Source: a virus (taxonomy: Duplodnaviria > Caudoviricetes). Taken from it: DNA of 33,321 nucleotides. This document shows, piece by piece, positions 9,343 through 17,748 of the stretch; within the stretch, counting starts at the first letter, position 1; every line of letters begins with the position of its first letter. Under the pieces are notes generated by a model. It made no database searches. It was given only the letters and a program-made list of their open reading frames with translations, and was not told the DNA's origin. The position numbers and the translations under genes are program-made. The DNA lies in the IMG/VR virus record IMGVR_UViG_3300048574_000100, positions 1 to 33,321 of that record, one strand, 5' to 3'.

Positions 9343-9785
9343 CGCGCAATCACGTAGCAGTAGAAGTCGGTGCCGTTCTTGGCGAATCCTCGCATCACGG
9401 ACTCGCGGCGGAAGCCAAGCATTTCCAGCCAGACGTGCGCCTGTGTGTGGAAATCAGCGGAGCAGGCCTGGATACGGTGCATTTCCGAGGCGAGCAGCGT
9501 GTTCAGCACGGTCTTGCAGGCATGCGCAACCTCGACGCCGGATTTGCCGATGTCGTCGGTGCCGATCAGCCAAGCCTGCCCGACGCCGGGAAACAGGGGC
9601 ACAACGCCGAAGACGCAGACGGGAACGCCGTTTCGTGCCACGCAGACCCTGCAGCCCGGTGCCTCCGTGAATTCAGCCTCGAACCCGTCGTCGGACCACC
9701 GCGTCAGGTTGATTTCGTACCGATCATCCGCGCGCAGGTGGCGGCAGACGTGCAGGATTTCAGGCGGGGTGGCGGATTTGATCAT
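9339..9785 (-). CDS. GNAT-fold protein (T7 gp13/DUF2833-like)
   Basis: HLRADDRYEI, GVGQAWLIGTD, AHVWLEMLGFRRE motifs. Confidence 0.7.
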   Translation of the reverse strand: MIKSATPPEILHVCRHLRADDRYEINLTRWSDDGFEAEFTEAPGCRVCVARNGVPVCVFGVVPLFPGVGQAWLIGTDDIGKSGVEVAHACKTVLNTLLASEMHRIQACSADFHTQAHVWLEMLGFRRESVMRGFAKNGTDFYCYVIAR

Positions 9786-9813
9786 TGACGTACCAAACGG
9801 AATCGTCTAGCAT
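9785..9813 (+). promoter_or_regulatory. Sigma70-type promoter, antisense to the late operon
   Basis: TTGACG (9785-9790), 17-bp spacer, TAGCAT (9808-9813). Confidence 0.7.
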
Positions 9814-9940
9814 GGGGCCGTCGCTCAAATGGGAGCGGAAATGCTGGTTGCCGGTGTGACGGGACAACTCCGAGAGTAGGTGCGAATCCTACCCACCGCC
9901 TCTGGCTGATAAACCCCATCACCCGATGGGGTTTTTCTTT
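9814..9940 (+). ncRNA. Candidate tRNA-like small RNA (not a canonical tRNA)
   Basis: D-arm-like CGCTC-AAATGG-GAGCG; T-arm-like GTAGG-TGCGAAT-CCTAC; closing stem CGGTG/CACCG; bracketed by a promoter and a terminator; no ORF noticed. Confidence 0.6.
9911..9940 (+). terminator. Intrinsic terminator of the antisense small RNA
   Basis: AAACCCCATC-ACCC-GATGGGGTTT followed by TTCTTT. Confidence 0.8.
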
Positions 9941-10329
9941 CATGGAAGTCCTTTGGGAATAATCGTCATTACGCTCATGTTCCCGTCTTCATCAAGGAAC
10001 AAAGGCATTTTTGCGTCATAACGCTTTTTCGCCAACGGGTTAATGGCCGCCACCAGCGCGGGAAGCGCTTTGCCAAGAACGGTCGTGGATTTCGATATCA
10101 GCCCCGTCCCGATCAGGTCCTCCGGTGACACCATGGGCGCTTCCAGCGCCTGGCCACCCGCGCGCTCGTAATCCGGAATCCAGCCTTGCCCGGTCGGCTG
10201 AGACATCACCGAATTTTGCCATCCCCGGGCGGCCTCCTGCCGCGACAGCAGATCGGCGACTCGACTCAACCCATCCGGGTTTTCCTTGGGTGCCCTCACG
10301 CCCATGAACGCATCGGCCAGGCCGCTCAT
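9940..10329 (-). CDS. Hypothetical virion-operon protein (129 aa) with AT-rich C-terminal segment, possibly internally deleted
   Basis: ATGA-type overlap with the tail hub gene; compositional shift at ~10040. Confidence 0.65.
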   Translation of the reverse strand: MSGLADAFMGVRAPKENPDGLSRVADLLSRQEAARGWQNSVMSQPTGQGWIPDYERAGGQALEAPMVSPEDLIGTGLISKSTTVLGKALPALVAAINPLAKKRYDAKMPLFLDEDGNMSVMTIIPKGLP

Positions 10330-11711
10330 ATCGCTGCTAAATTCTCGTAATAGAAGGTGATCGCGTGCAACTCGAAATCACCCGAGTTCTGCACGTTGAT
10401 CACCGGCGCGATACCCACGGAAACGATTTCGACCGGGATCATCTCGCCCGGTCGCGTGTCGCCCGACAGTTCAACCGGCGGCGTCACGAAATCCGGCTGC
10501 CGAGCGTCAAACTTGATGGAGAAGTCGCCCGTCCCAACCATCACGGCATCCATGCCGACGATCTGCTTCAACACGCCGGGCGTTTTGAAGTCCAGGTACG
10601 GGAATTCGATGCCGATGGAGAAATTCACCCCGGCGTCGGTGTAGGCGTTGTCGTCCAGCTTGTACACCGTGTCGCCGGCGCGGAAATACAGGTCGCCGTC
10701 GAGCTCCGTTACGTCGGTGATCGCGAACGGGAACTCATACTTCGACCAAGCGGAAATCTTGCTCGTGCGCGAGAACGAATAGACGTAGGCGAACGAGCCC
10801 TTCATCACCCAAAACTGGCCGCCACCGCGGAAGTAGAAGGCCCGGATGTCATCGCCGGCGGAGAAATTCTTCTTCACGAGCGAGTCGATCGGGCTGCCGA
10901 CGTCGACGTCGATCATGTTGCCCGTCGTCGACTGCGTGGTGATCGACCGGATGCCGTCGTAGGAGGCGAAAAACACGTCGCCGGCCATGTTGGCGGCGCC
11001 GTGCGGATACGGGCAGCCGATGTCCAGGCCCTGGACGAACTGCATCTGCGCCGGATCGGGATCGACTGTCCAGACCTGCGACGAGTCGCGGAAGAACACC
11101 ACCATGTTCCCGGAGTACTCGCCCAGCGCCGTCGGCGTCGTAACGCCGCTCTGCTGGACGCCCACGCCCAAGAATCCGGCGTCGCCCGATGTCGTCCAGT
11201 CGCGCGGCGCGGACGTGGCGCTGAACCGCACCACGTCATCCTTCGTAGCGAAAATCTTCGACGCCTTCTTCGATACAGCCGCGGTGTGCGGGCAGTTCGT
11301 GTCCGTGATCACCGGTGGATTGGTGCCGTCCAGGTAGTGGTGCCGGATGGTGGCGTTGTTGTACTCGGCCGAGACGTAAACGTAGCCGTTGAACACGTCC
11401 GCCCAGTGAATTTTCGACACTTCGATGGCCGGGTACGACGGATGCGGGATCTTGTTGGCAACGAACCGCGTGTCGGCATGTGACACCGTGCCGGTCGCGT
11501 AAAACGTGTTCAGCTTCCCGCCGGCGGCGCGCAGGCCTTTGGTGCCCGTCTCCAGCACGGAAACCAGCGTCAGTCCAGGGCGCTTCTTGATCGTCTTTCC
11601 GGTCGTGACGTAGCAGTTCGTCAGGACGCGCAGCCGGTTCGCTTCGGAGACGGACGCGCCCTTGCGCAGGTCAAGGCCGATGGAAAAATCGTCGAACGTG
11701 ATGGCGGGCAT
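10326..11711 (-). CDS. Tail hub / tail tubular protein B (P22 gp10/T7 gp12-like)
   Basis: Start reassigned to ATG 11711 (TAATG overlap); LTNCYVTTGKTIKKRPG N-terminal motif; beta-rich; follows the adaptor. Confidence 0.8.
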   Translation of the reverse strand: MPAITFDDFSIGLDLRKGASVSEANRLRVLTNCYVTTGKTIKKRPGLTLVSVLETGTKGLRAAGGKLNTFYATGTVSHADTRFVANKIPHPSYPAIEVSKIHWADVFNGYVYVSAEYNNATIRHHYLDGTNPPVITDTNCPHTAAVSKKASKIFATKDDVVRFSATSAPRDWTTSGDAGFLGVGVQQSGVTTPTALGEYSGNMVVFFRDSSQVWTVDPDPAQMQFVQGLDIGCPYPHGAANMAGDVFFASYDGIRSITTQSTTGNMIDVDVGSPIDSLVKKNFSAGDDIRAFYFRGGGQFWVMKGSFAYVYSFSRTSKISAWSKYEFPFAITDVTELDGDLYFRAGDTVYKLDDNAYTDAGVNFSIGIEFPYLDFKTPGVLKQIVGMDAVMVGTGDFSIKFDARQPDFVTPPVELSGDTRPGEMIPVEIVSVGIAPVINVQNSGDFELHAITFYYENLAAI

Positions 11712-12349
11712 TACACCATCCTGGGCTTGGCGAGATACACCTCGTCGACGTCGCGGCGCGCGAATACCGCCTTCCCGCGGCTCTGCGCCTTGAGCTTGTT
11801 GAGCATCGAGTTCAGTTGATTCGCGTAGGCCTGCCCGTCCGCCTGCTTGTAGTGCAGCTTGGCGTTCGTGACCGCGTGCAGGAAGATCAGCCCGTCGTCC
11901 AGGCTGGCGCGGTCGTTGTCCTGCGTGAAGCGTGCGGGACTGGCGACGTAGTACCGGCGGATCGTGTATTGCGCGTCCGGCGCCGGCCATACTTCCATCT
12001 GCGCGTACCGCTCGTAGCGGCAGGGCTGCGATTGCGAATCGTCAGATCGCATGCCCCACGAGATGCCTTCCTTCATCGGCACCCAGCGGGTTCCGTCCCA
12101 CACCGCCACGTCGCGAATGTTCCCCGGATCGCAGTCCTCGGCGTAGTCGTACAGCGTCTGCCCCTGGCCGAGCGTTTCCTCGTCGAACCTGATGAGATGC
12201 CGCCACTCGAAGGTACTGAACAGCTGGTCCTGCGCGTTCTGCAGGAAGGAGTCGAGCAACCCGGAGTTGATTCCAGAGGAACCTTGGGCGCCAAAACCGA
12301 GCCTCCGGGAGAGCTCGCTGCGCAGATCGCCCAGGGTTCGGTACATCAT
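11711..12349 (-). CDS. Head-tail adaptor / tail tubular protein A
   Basis: TLGDLRSELSRRLG...FLQNAQDQL...EVWPAPD motif; position after the capsid genes. Confidence 0.75.
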   Translation of the reverse strand: MMYRTLGDLRSELSRRLGFGAQGSSGINSGLLDSFLQNAQDQLFSTFEWRHLIRFDEETLGQGQTLYDYAEDCDPGNIRDVAVWDGTRWVPMKEGISWGMRSDDSQSQPCRYERYAQMEVWPAPDAQYTIRRYYVASPARFTQDNDRASLDDGLIFLHAVTNAKLHYKQADGQAYANQLNSMLNKLKAQSRGKAVFARRDVDEVYLAKPRMV

Positions 12350-12675
12350 TCGGCGTCAGCCTCGGCCTTCTTCGGACGGCCGGCCTTCTTCTTCGGCGCT
12401 TCGTCCGCTCCGAACGCCTCCAGCGCGTCGGCGCCGATACCGATGATGCGCTCGACGTAGGGCTGCCCGGTGTCGTTGCGGCCGTAGCAGTTCATCAGGC
12501 GATCGTATTCCTCGCCGGCGTCGATTTCCGTCACGCCGTAGTCGCCGTCGACGACCGTTACGTTCGCATCGCCGTGGATGTCCTTGAGAATGCCGATCTC
12601 GTGTTCGAACACCGTCACGGGAATTTCTTCCGCCATGTCGCGGTGGACCAGAGCCTTCGCGTATTTGACTTGCAT
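12346..12675 (-). CDS. Hypothetical phage protein (109 aa)
   Basis: GGAGG RBS; C-terminal KKKAGRPKK; coupled to the adaptor gene. Confidence 0.75.
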   Translation of the reverse strand: MQVKYAKALVHRDMAEEIPVTVFEHEIGILKDIHGDANVTVVDGDYGVTEIDAGEEYDRLMNCYGRNDTGQPYVERIIGIGADALEAFGADEAPKKKAGRPKKAEADAE

Positions 12676-12684
12676 CGTTCCTCC

Positions 12685-12711
12685 AAAGAAAAACCCCGCC
12701 CGAAGGCGGGG
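12685..12711 (-). terminator. Intrinsic terminator after the capsid/decoration genes
   Basis: - strand CCCCGCC-TTCG-GGCGGGG-TTTTTCTTT. Confidence 0.85.
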
Positions 12712-12720
12712 AGAACCGCA

Positions 12721-13059
12721 TCAGGCCAGCAGCAGGCCGTCCACCGAGCCGGACGTAAACGTCGTCACGTTGAGGCGCATGCGGCGGTACATCGTCACGA
12801 CGCCCGCCTTACTGCCCGAGTTGGACGCCGGCGCCACGAAGGTCAGCAGGTCGGTCCACGTCGCCGAGCCGTCCGCGACCGAATCGAGGTCGTTCGTGCC
12901 CTGGATTTTCGCCGTCCCGACGAAGGCGCCGTTGGTCGGCTGAATGATGGCCTCCGCGGAATCGCCGCGCTGGAACTTGGCGTTCGTGTCTTCCGCCTTG
13001 ACCGACGCGCCCGCCGTTGCGGAGGTCAGCGTGCCGAGAGAGACTTGAGAAACAGACAT
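12721..13059 (-). CDS. Putative capsid decoration protein (112 aa)
   Basis: Small beta-rich Thr/Ser/Gly protein between the major capsid gene and the terminator; AGGAGG RBS. Confidence 0.6.
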   Translation of the reverse strand: MSVSQVSLGTLTSATAGASVKAEDTNAKFQRGDSAEAIIQPTNGAFVGTAKIQGTNDLDSVADGSATWTDLLTFVAPASNSGSKAGVVTMYRRMRLNVTTFTSGSVDGLLLA

Positions 13060-13071
13060 GTGATCCTCCTG

Positions 13072-14133
13072 TTACGAGATGGCGAGCACGGCGTGCGCGT
13101 TCGCGCGGTTGGTCGTCAGGGCGCCCCGCCAGGTCAGCGCCCAGTAGTACACGTACTTGTCGTACACGCGGGGCGGCTTGCGGGTCACCATGTCCTGACC
13201 GTCCATCGGGCGCAGGCTCAGGTGCTTCGAGTTGATGAAATAGCAGCGCTTGGTCCAAGCCGGCGTCGGGTTGACGAAACCGCCGAAGTTGTCGTCGAAC
13301 TCGGGACACCACTGCATTTCGACGCCCTTGTAGAAGACGCCCGAGATGCCGCCGTCCAGCTTCCGCTGCTCGCCGCCGACGTAGGTGATCTGCTGGCCGA
13401 CGAGGTTCATGGCGGCGATGTAGGCGTCGATGAACGCCGCACCGGAGAAGATCAGGTCCGGACGCCCGCCGTTCTTCACGCACGCGCGCCAGTTCGCTTC
13501 CATCACCGCCAGGAACGCCACCGCCTGGGCCTGCGTGGTCGGCACCGTCATGGACAGCGTGAAATTGTTCCGCCACCAGGTATTTCCGGAACGGCCGATG
13601 CCGCCGACGGTGCCGGAGGTCGGATCGGTGGCGACGATGGCGTCCAGGCCGGTAACCGCATCCGTCGAGGACGAGCCGTCGAGGTGCAGGTACATCGAGA
13701 ACTTTTCCTCGAAACCGAGCCGCAGCGCTTCCGTCTGCTCCTGCAGGAGGTTGGTGAGTTGCACCTGCTCGGCGCGCGAGGCGTTGCCGCCGCGGCTGTT
13801 GTCGTCGATGGCAATGCCGTTCTGCGCCAGCCGGTCCTCGTCGAGCGAGAAGCCATCATGCGCGGAGCGCCACGGGAATTGCGACTGTTCGATAGTGACG
13901 CGCTTGTTGTACGTGACCACGGACGCGCCGTTGAACCATTGGAAATTGCTCTGATAGCGATAGCGAAGCTGCTCGACGATGTACTGCTTGCCGCCGGGGA
14001 ACGTCTTCTTCTTCGCCATCAGTGCCTTGAGGAACGGACGCTCGACGGCAATCTGATCGATCGGATTGTTCTTGAGGTAGAAATCCAGGGCGATCTTGCC
14101 AGCGTCTTGAAGTTCTTGCGCACTGAAGGGCAT
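13072..14133 (-). CDS. Major capsid protein
   Basis: 353 aa, follows the scaffold; GLDAIV...GTVGGI.RS.NTWWRN and terminal GALTTNRANAHAVL motifs of HK97-fold phage capsids. Confidence 0.88.
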   Translation of the reverse strand: MPFSAQELQDAGKIALDFYLKNNPIDQIAVERPFLKALMAKKKTFPGGKQYIVEQLRYRYQSNFQWFNGASVVTYNKRVTIEQSQFPWRSAHDGFSLDEDRLAQNGIAIDDNSRGGNASRAEQVQLTNLLQEQTEALRLGFEEKFSMYLHLDGSSSTDAVTGLDAIVATDPTSGTVGGIGRSGNTWWRNNFTLSMTVPTTQAQAVAFLAVMEANWRACVKNGGRPDLIFSGAAFIDAYIAAMNLVGQQITYVGGEQRKLDGGISGVFYKGVEMQWCPEFDDNFGGFVNPTPAWTKRCYFINSKHLSLRPMDGQDMVTRKPPRVYDKYVYYWALTWRGALTTNRANAHAVLAIS

Positions 14134-14234
14134 GATGAATCTCCGTGAGGATGAACATGGGTTCTGGTCCTGGTGGCGGATTCAGGAAATTCAGCCGGTC
14201 AGCGCGGAGACGAATTCCGCTACGTCTGGCGCGT

Positions 14235-14266
14235 TTATAAATCGCGGGTGTTCAACGTGACGAAAA
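14235..14266 (-). promoter_or_regulatory. Candidate late promoter, copy 2 (upstream of the major capsid gene)
   Basis: - strand TTTTCGTCACGTTGAA-N10-TTATAA. Confidence 0.65.
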
Positions 14267-14286
14267 AAAAGCCCGCCGAAGCGGGC
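14263..14286 (-). terminator. Intrinsic terminator after the scaffold gene
   Basis: - strand GCCCGC-TTCG-GCGGGC-T8. Confidence 0.85.
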
Positions 14287-14309
14287 CAAGAGGGAGGTGC
14301 TGCGGGGGA

Positions 14310-15278
14310 TTAACCATTGCCGTAGCCCAAGCCTTGCTGCAGGGCTTCCAGCATGTTGTTCGGCTGGCGTGCGCCGGCCGTCTGCCCGGACGCGCGCAAC
14401 GGCGCTGGGGCGGCCGCAGCGGGCCGGGCCAGCGGGACGGACGACAGGGCCTGATACAGCATGCGGACCTGTCCGGCCCAGGCGTGCGGCGGGAAATTCC
14501 GGGCAATTTCCGGGATCTGCTTGAGGATGATTTCCTCCTTCGCGGCATAGTCCGGGTCCTTCTTGGCCCACTCGACGCCCAACCGGTTGATTTCGTCGAT
14601 CGCGCCGTTCTTGGCCTGCATCGCGCTGTTGGCGCTTTCCTGGCGCTGATTCCGCTGTTCGAGCGCAATCTGGTTCTCACGCTGCATGGCGCGCATCCGG
14701 GCCACCTCCAACGCCGAATCCTCGGTGATCTGGTAGGCATTGACCTTCTCGCGCAGATCCGGGTATTCGGCCAGCGGATCGACCGCGCCGAACGACTTCC
14801 CGGTAGCGATCTGGTACTGCCGAATCTGCTCCTGCAGCATTTTCCCGACCTGGTCCATGTTGCCAGAGCGCAAGGCTTTCAGGTAGTCGAAGACCATCGC
14901 GAAATCTTCCGGAGCGGCCTTGGTGTCCTGCATCACCTTGCGGATACCGTCCAGGTTCGAACGCAGGTGCGTGATTTCCTCGTCCTTTTCCTTGACGCGC
15001 GTCACCAGCCGCTGGAATCGCTCCTGCGCCTTCTTGGTGATGCCTTCCGGCGGCGTCTCGTCGTCCTCCGGCGTGGGCTCCTGCGACTCGTCCGGCTTCG
15101 GCTCGACGGAATCCGGCTTGGCCTCGTCAGGTTCCTGCGCCTCGGGCTGCTTCAACCCCTCCGCAATGGCGTCCAGCATCGACGCCGGTTCATTCGTGAT
15201 CTCCTGTTTCTCAGCAGATGCAGCGCTTTCCTGTGCGACGTCCGGCTGAGCGACTTCCGTGTTCAACTCTTGATCCAT
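14310..15278 (-). CDS. Capsid scaffolding protein
   Basis: Acidic disordered N-terminus, coiled coil, directly upstream of the capsid gene; AAGGAG RBS. Confidence 0.75.
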   Translation of the reverse strand: MDQELNTEVAQPDVAQESAASAEKQEITNEPASMLDAIAEGLKQPEAQEPDEAKPDSVEPKPDESQEPTPEDDETPPEGITKKAQERFQRLVTRVKEKDEEITHLRSNLDGIRKVMQDTKAAPEDFAMVFDYLKALRSGNMDQVGKMLQEQIRQYQIATGKSFGAVDPLAEYPDLREKVNAYQITEDSALEVARMRAMQRENQIALEQRNQRQESANSAMQAKNGAIDEINRLGVEWAKKDPDYAAKEEIILKQIPEIARNFPPHAWAGQVRMLYQALSSVPLARPAAAAPAPLRASGQTAGARQPNNMLEALQQGLGYGNG

Positions 15279-15291
15279 GATTTCTCCTTTT

Positions 15292-15561
15292 CTACATCAT
15301 CAGCAACAAAACGGCTTCTTCTCTCCTGCGCCTGGCCTTGCGAATCTCGTCCTGCATGAGCGCCGCGGCCAGCATTTCGCCGCGGAGCCTGGACACAACA
15401 GCAGGAGGGAAAGCCTCTTCGACAACCTCTTCGTCCGCCCGGCGAATCCGCTTGATCGGCCCCCACGCACCGAGCGATGCGGGAACAAAGGCTCGATCGA
15501 ATCGCCAGGACTTCGAGCTGAACGACTTCGCTGAAAATGAACTACGGTGAAACACCGGCAC
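15292..15561 (-). CDS. Hypothetical phage protein (89 aa)
   Basis: FHRSSFSAKSFS N-terminus, RRRREEAVLLLMM C-terminus; fills the operon gap. Confidence 0.6.
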   Translation of the reverse strand: MPVFHRSSFSAKSFSSKSWRFDRAFVPASLGAWGPIKRIRRADEEVVEEAFPPAVVSRLRGEMLAAALMQDEIRKARRRREEAVLLLMM

Positions 15562-16162
15562 CTCGCCACGGACTGGCCTCGCTGCCGTCGCCGATTACCT
15601 CGGCACTGTTCATTTGCTTCACGTTGACCGGGATCGCAGTTGCCTGAAGTGCCGCGAGCACCGCAGCGGCGATCTGGTCGGCTGTCGGATAAGGCGCCTG
15701 CTCGCCGTCTATGTGATACGCAGCCAAGTTATCAGCGTATATGGCGGCGTGAAGCTGGTAATCGGCGGCTACGTCGCGCGATGCAAGGGTCAGCACGGCG
15801 TACGCGCCCGCTAGATCTGCCGAGATAGGCCCGCGCACGGCGTAGGCGCACTCGTCATCGCCCAGTGCCCGACCAAGAACGGTATAAATGGAGGAATTGC
15901 CTGCGCCGACCGCTGCGGCGCTCAAGACCGAATAGGATGTCGTACAGTCCGCCAGGGCCGCGCCGCGGATCGAATACCCGGCGGGAGAATCGACCGACAC
16001 CGCGCCGCGCAAGGCAAATGCCGCCGCGACGGGGGCGCTGACGGCATTCCTGACGATGTAGGACGTCGTCGCTGAATCGGCGTATACCGATGGTGAGGTT
16101 GATGTCTCTTGGCGCGCCTTTCCTATCGCGGATTTACCGAGGGGGAGCGAACCGATGGCCAT
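15542..16162 (-). CDS. Putative virion structural protein with ~15-aa beta-repeats
   Basis: Recurrent AD...Y.V pattern; part of the fibre cassette. Confidence 0.6.
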   Translation of the reverse strand: MAIGSLPLGKSAIGKARQETSTSPSVYADSATTSYIVRNAVSAPVAAAFALRGAVSVDSPAGYSIRGAALADCTTSYSVLSAAAVGAGNSSIYTVLGRALGDDECAYAVRGPISADLAGAYAVLTLASRDVAADYQLHAAIYADNLAAYHIDGEQAPYPTADQIAAAVLAALQATAIPVNVKQMNSAEVIGDGSEASPWRGAGVSP

Positions 16163-16165
16163 TAA

Positions 16166-16639
16166 TTACTCCGGCCAGCTGTAAAAAATGTCTATCGCCT
16201 CCGGGGCATCACTGGACCGTACCAGCGTTTTTAATTCCCGCGCTCGCGCATGCAGTAGAGAGACATGAGCCGCCAGCGCGGGAAGAATACCCATGAGTTC
16301 AGTGGCAGACAGTACGATGCTGGTGTTATCGGCGCAGGTCCATTCGATGGAGAATTCGGCGCCGGTATCCACAGCCATCCTCGCCGCGCACCAAGCGCCC
16401 GAGAGGCGCTGCACAGAGACCGCATCGGAATCGAAGACTTTTCCCAGATACGTGAATCCGGACTGCTCTTTCACATCGCGCAGTCGATTGACCTCGGCGC
16501 AGTAATACTCCCGCCGGGCATGCAGCAATTCTTCCGGTGTGGCCAGACGCGACCCGTCTTCGAAGTCGAGCCGGTATGTTCCGTCTTCAAGCTGGGCGAT
16601 GCCCGCACAGCCAATGACATCGAAGTATGGGATCAGCAC
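16166..16639 (-). CDS. DUF4376-like fibre assembly protein
   Basis: GFTYLGKVFDSD.VSVQRL and IEWTCADNT...LSATEL motifs. Confidence 0.75.
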   Translation of the reverse strand: MLIPYFDVIGCAGIAQLEDGTYRLDFEDGSRLATPEELLHARREYYCAEVNRLRDVKEQSGFTYLGKVFDSDAVSVQRLSGAWCAARMAVDTGAEFSIEWTCADNTSIVLSATELMGILPALAAHVSLLHARARELKTLVRSSDAPEAIDIFYSWPE

Positions 16640-17739
16640 GACAATTCTCCTTTGTAGGAGAGTCCAGAAATCTCGAATACAGCGCCGCCGATCTCCAGCA
16701 TGTTCAGCGTGGTGCGACCCACCGGCAATGCCGTGCCAGGAAAGTAGGCAAGCAAGCTCTGATACAGATTGGCGGTGTCGTAAGTCGGCTCGCAGTCATA
16801 CGTCAGCGCTGTGGAGGTATTCACGCCGATCCCGACATTCCCTGCCCCGCCGCTGCGCCGCAGCCCGGTGCTTCGAACAGTCAAGGTCACGGCGTCGGCC
16901 AGCCCGAGCATGCACATTCCATAGCTCGTGACGTTGTTGAAATATCGGACCGTTGCCGTGGTGTAGGTGTGGTACGTACTCAGTACGAGCGCCCACGCCT
17001 TCGATGCCCGGTTGTACATGTTCCACAGCATCCGGTACTGCGCGGAGTCTTCTGTCGTGGTCGTCGAGCGAGGCATGAAGGAGCCCAGGTACAGGCGGGA
17101 ATGATCCCCAGCCTTGCAGTACATGCCGTCCTGCATGGTGATGTCTGTTGCCCGAGCCGTCGCGCTCGACCACGCCAGCAATTCCAGCGCCAGATCCCCT
17201 CCGGAGAGGTAACCGAACACGTCGTAACCGACTGTGCTGGTCAGGGTTCCGAGTGCAAGGGTCTTTTCCGTGAATTTCACCAAGCGCCAGTCTGTACCAT
17301 CCCACAGTGGAATCACGTCATGCTCGGACGGCGTGTAGTAGAGGCTGGTCGCGCCCGTCACGTCGGATAGCGTCACTGGCGTGCCGGAGGTCAGCGTCAA
17401 CCGTCCGCCGGGCCTGACCGATTGAAGTGCGAGCAGGCGCTGATTGATCCGGTCGGCCGTGTCGATCACAAATACCTTTGCGCTGGCCGATAGGGAGAGC
17501 GCCGCGCCGGTCGAACTCGCTTCGAGCGTGCCGCGCGTCAAGGTCGTCCCGGAATGGGTGTAGGCGCAGTTCCGCGCTATTTCCCAGGCGCCCCCGTCCT
17601 CGATCAGGATATCGACTACGGAATTGGACGCATACGCTGCGGCGAACGATTGATAGCCGGACTCGGCCGCGCCGAGCGTAATCGATCCAGTTCCGGGCGT
17701 ACCGGACACGCCCATGCCGACTCGGTTTTTAGCTAGCAT
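16633..17739 (-). CDS. Second fibre-like virion protein (368 aa)
   Basis: GTPGTGSITLGAA.SGYQSF...TTLTRGTLEASSTG phage fibre N-domain; GGRLTLTSGTPVT domain; followed by the DUF4376-like gene. Confidence 0.7.
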   Translation of the reverse strand: MLAKNRVGMGVSGTPGTGSITLGAAESGYQSFAAAYASNSVVDILIEDGGAWEIARNCAYTHSGTTLTRGTLEASSTGAALSLSASAKVFVIDTADRINQRLLALQSVRPGGRLTLTSGTPVTLSDVTGATSLYYTPSEHDVIPLWDGTDWRLVKFTEKTLALGTLTSTVGYDVFGYLSGGDLALELLAWSSATARATDITMQDGMYCKAGDHSRLYLGSFMPRSTTTTEDSAQYRMLWNMYNRASKAWALVLSTYHTYTTATVRYFNNVTSYGMCMLGLADAVTLTVRSTGLRRSGGAGNVGIGVNTSTALTYDCEPTYDTANLYQSLLAYFPGTALPVGRTTLNMLEIGGAVFEISGLSYKGELSC

Positions 17740-17748
17740 TCCAGCCTC

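Noticed and set aside
9814-9900. Canonical tRNA gene
   Set aside because: Acceptor GGGGCCG/CCACCGC has three mismatches, there is no anticodon stem or CCA, and the predicted TSS falls inside the would-be acceptor strand; kept only as a tRNA-like RNA
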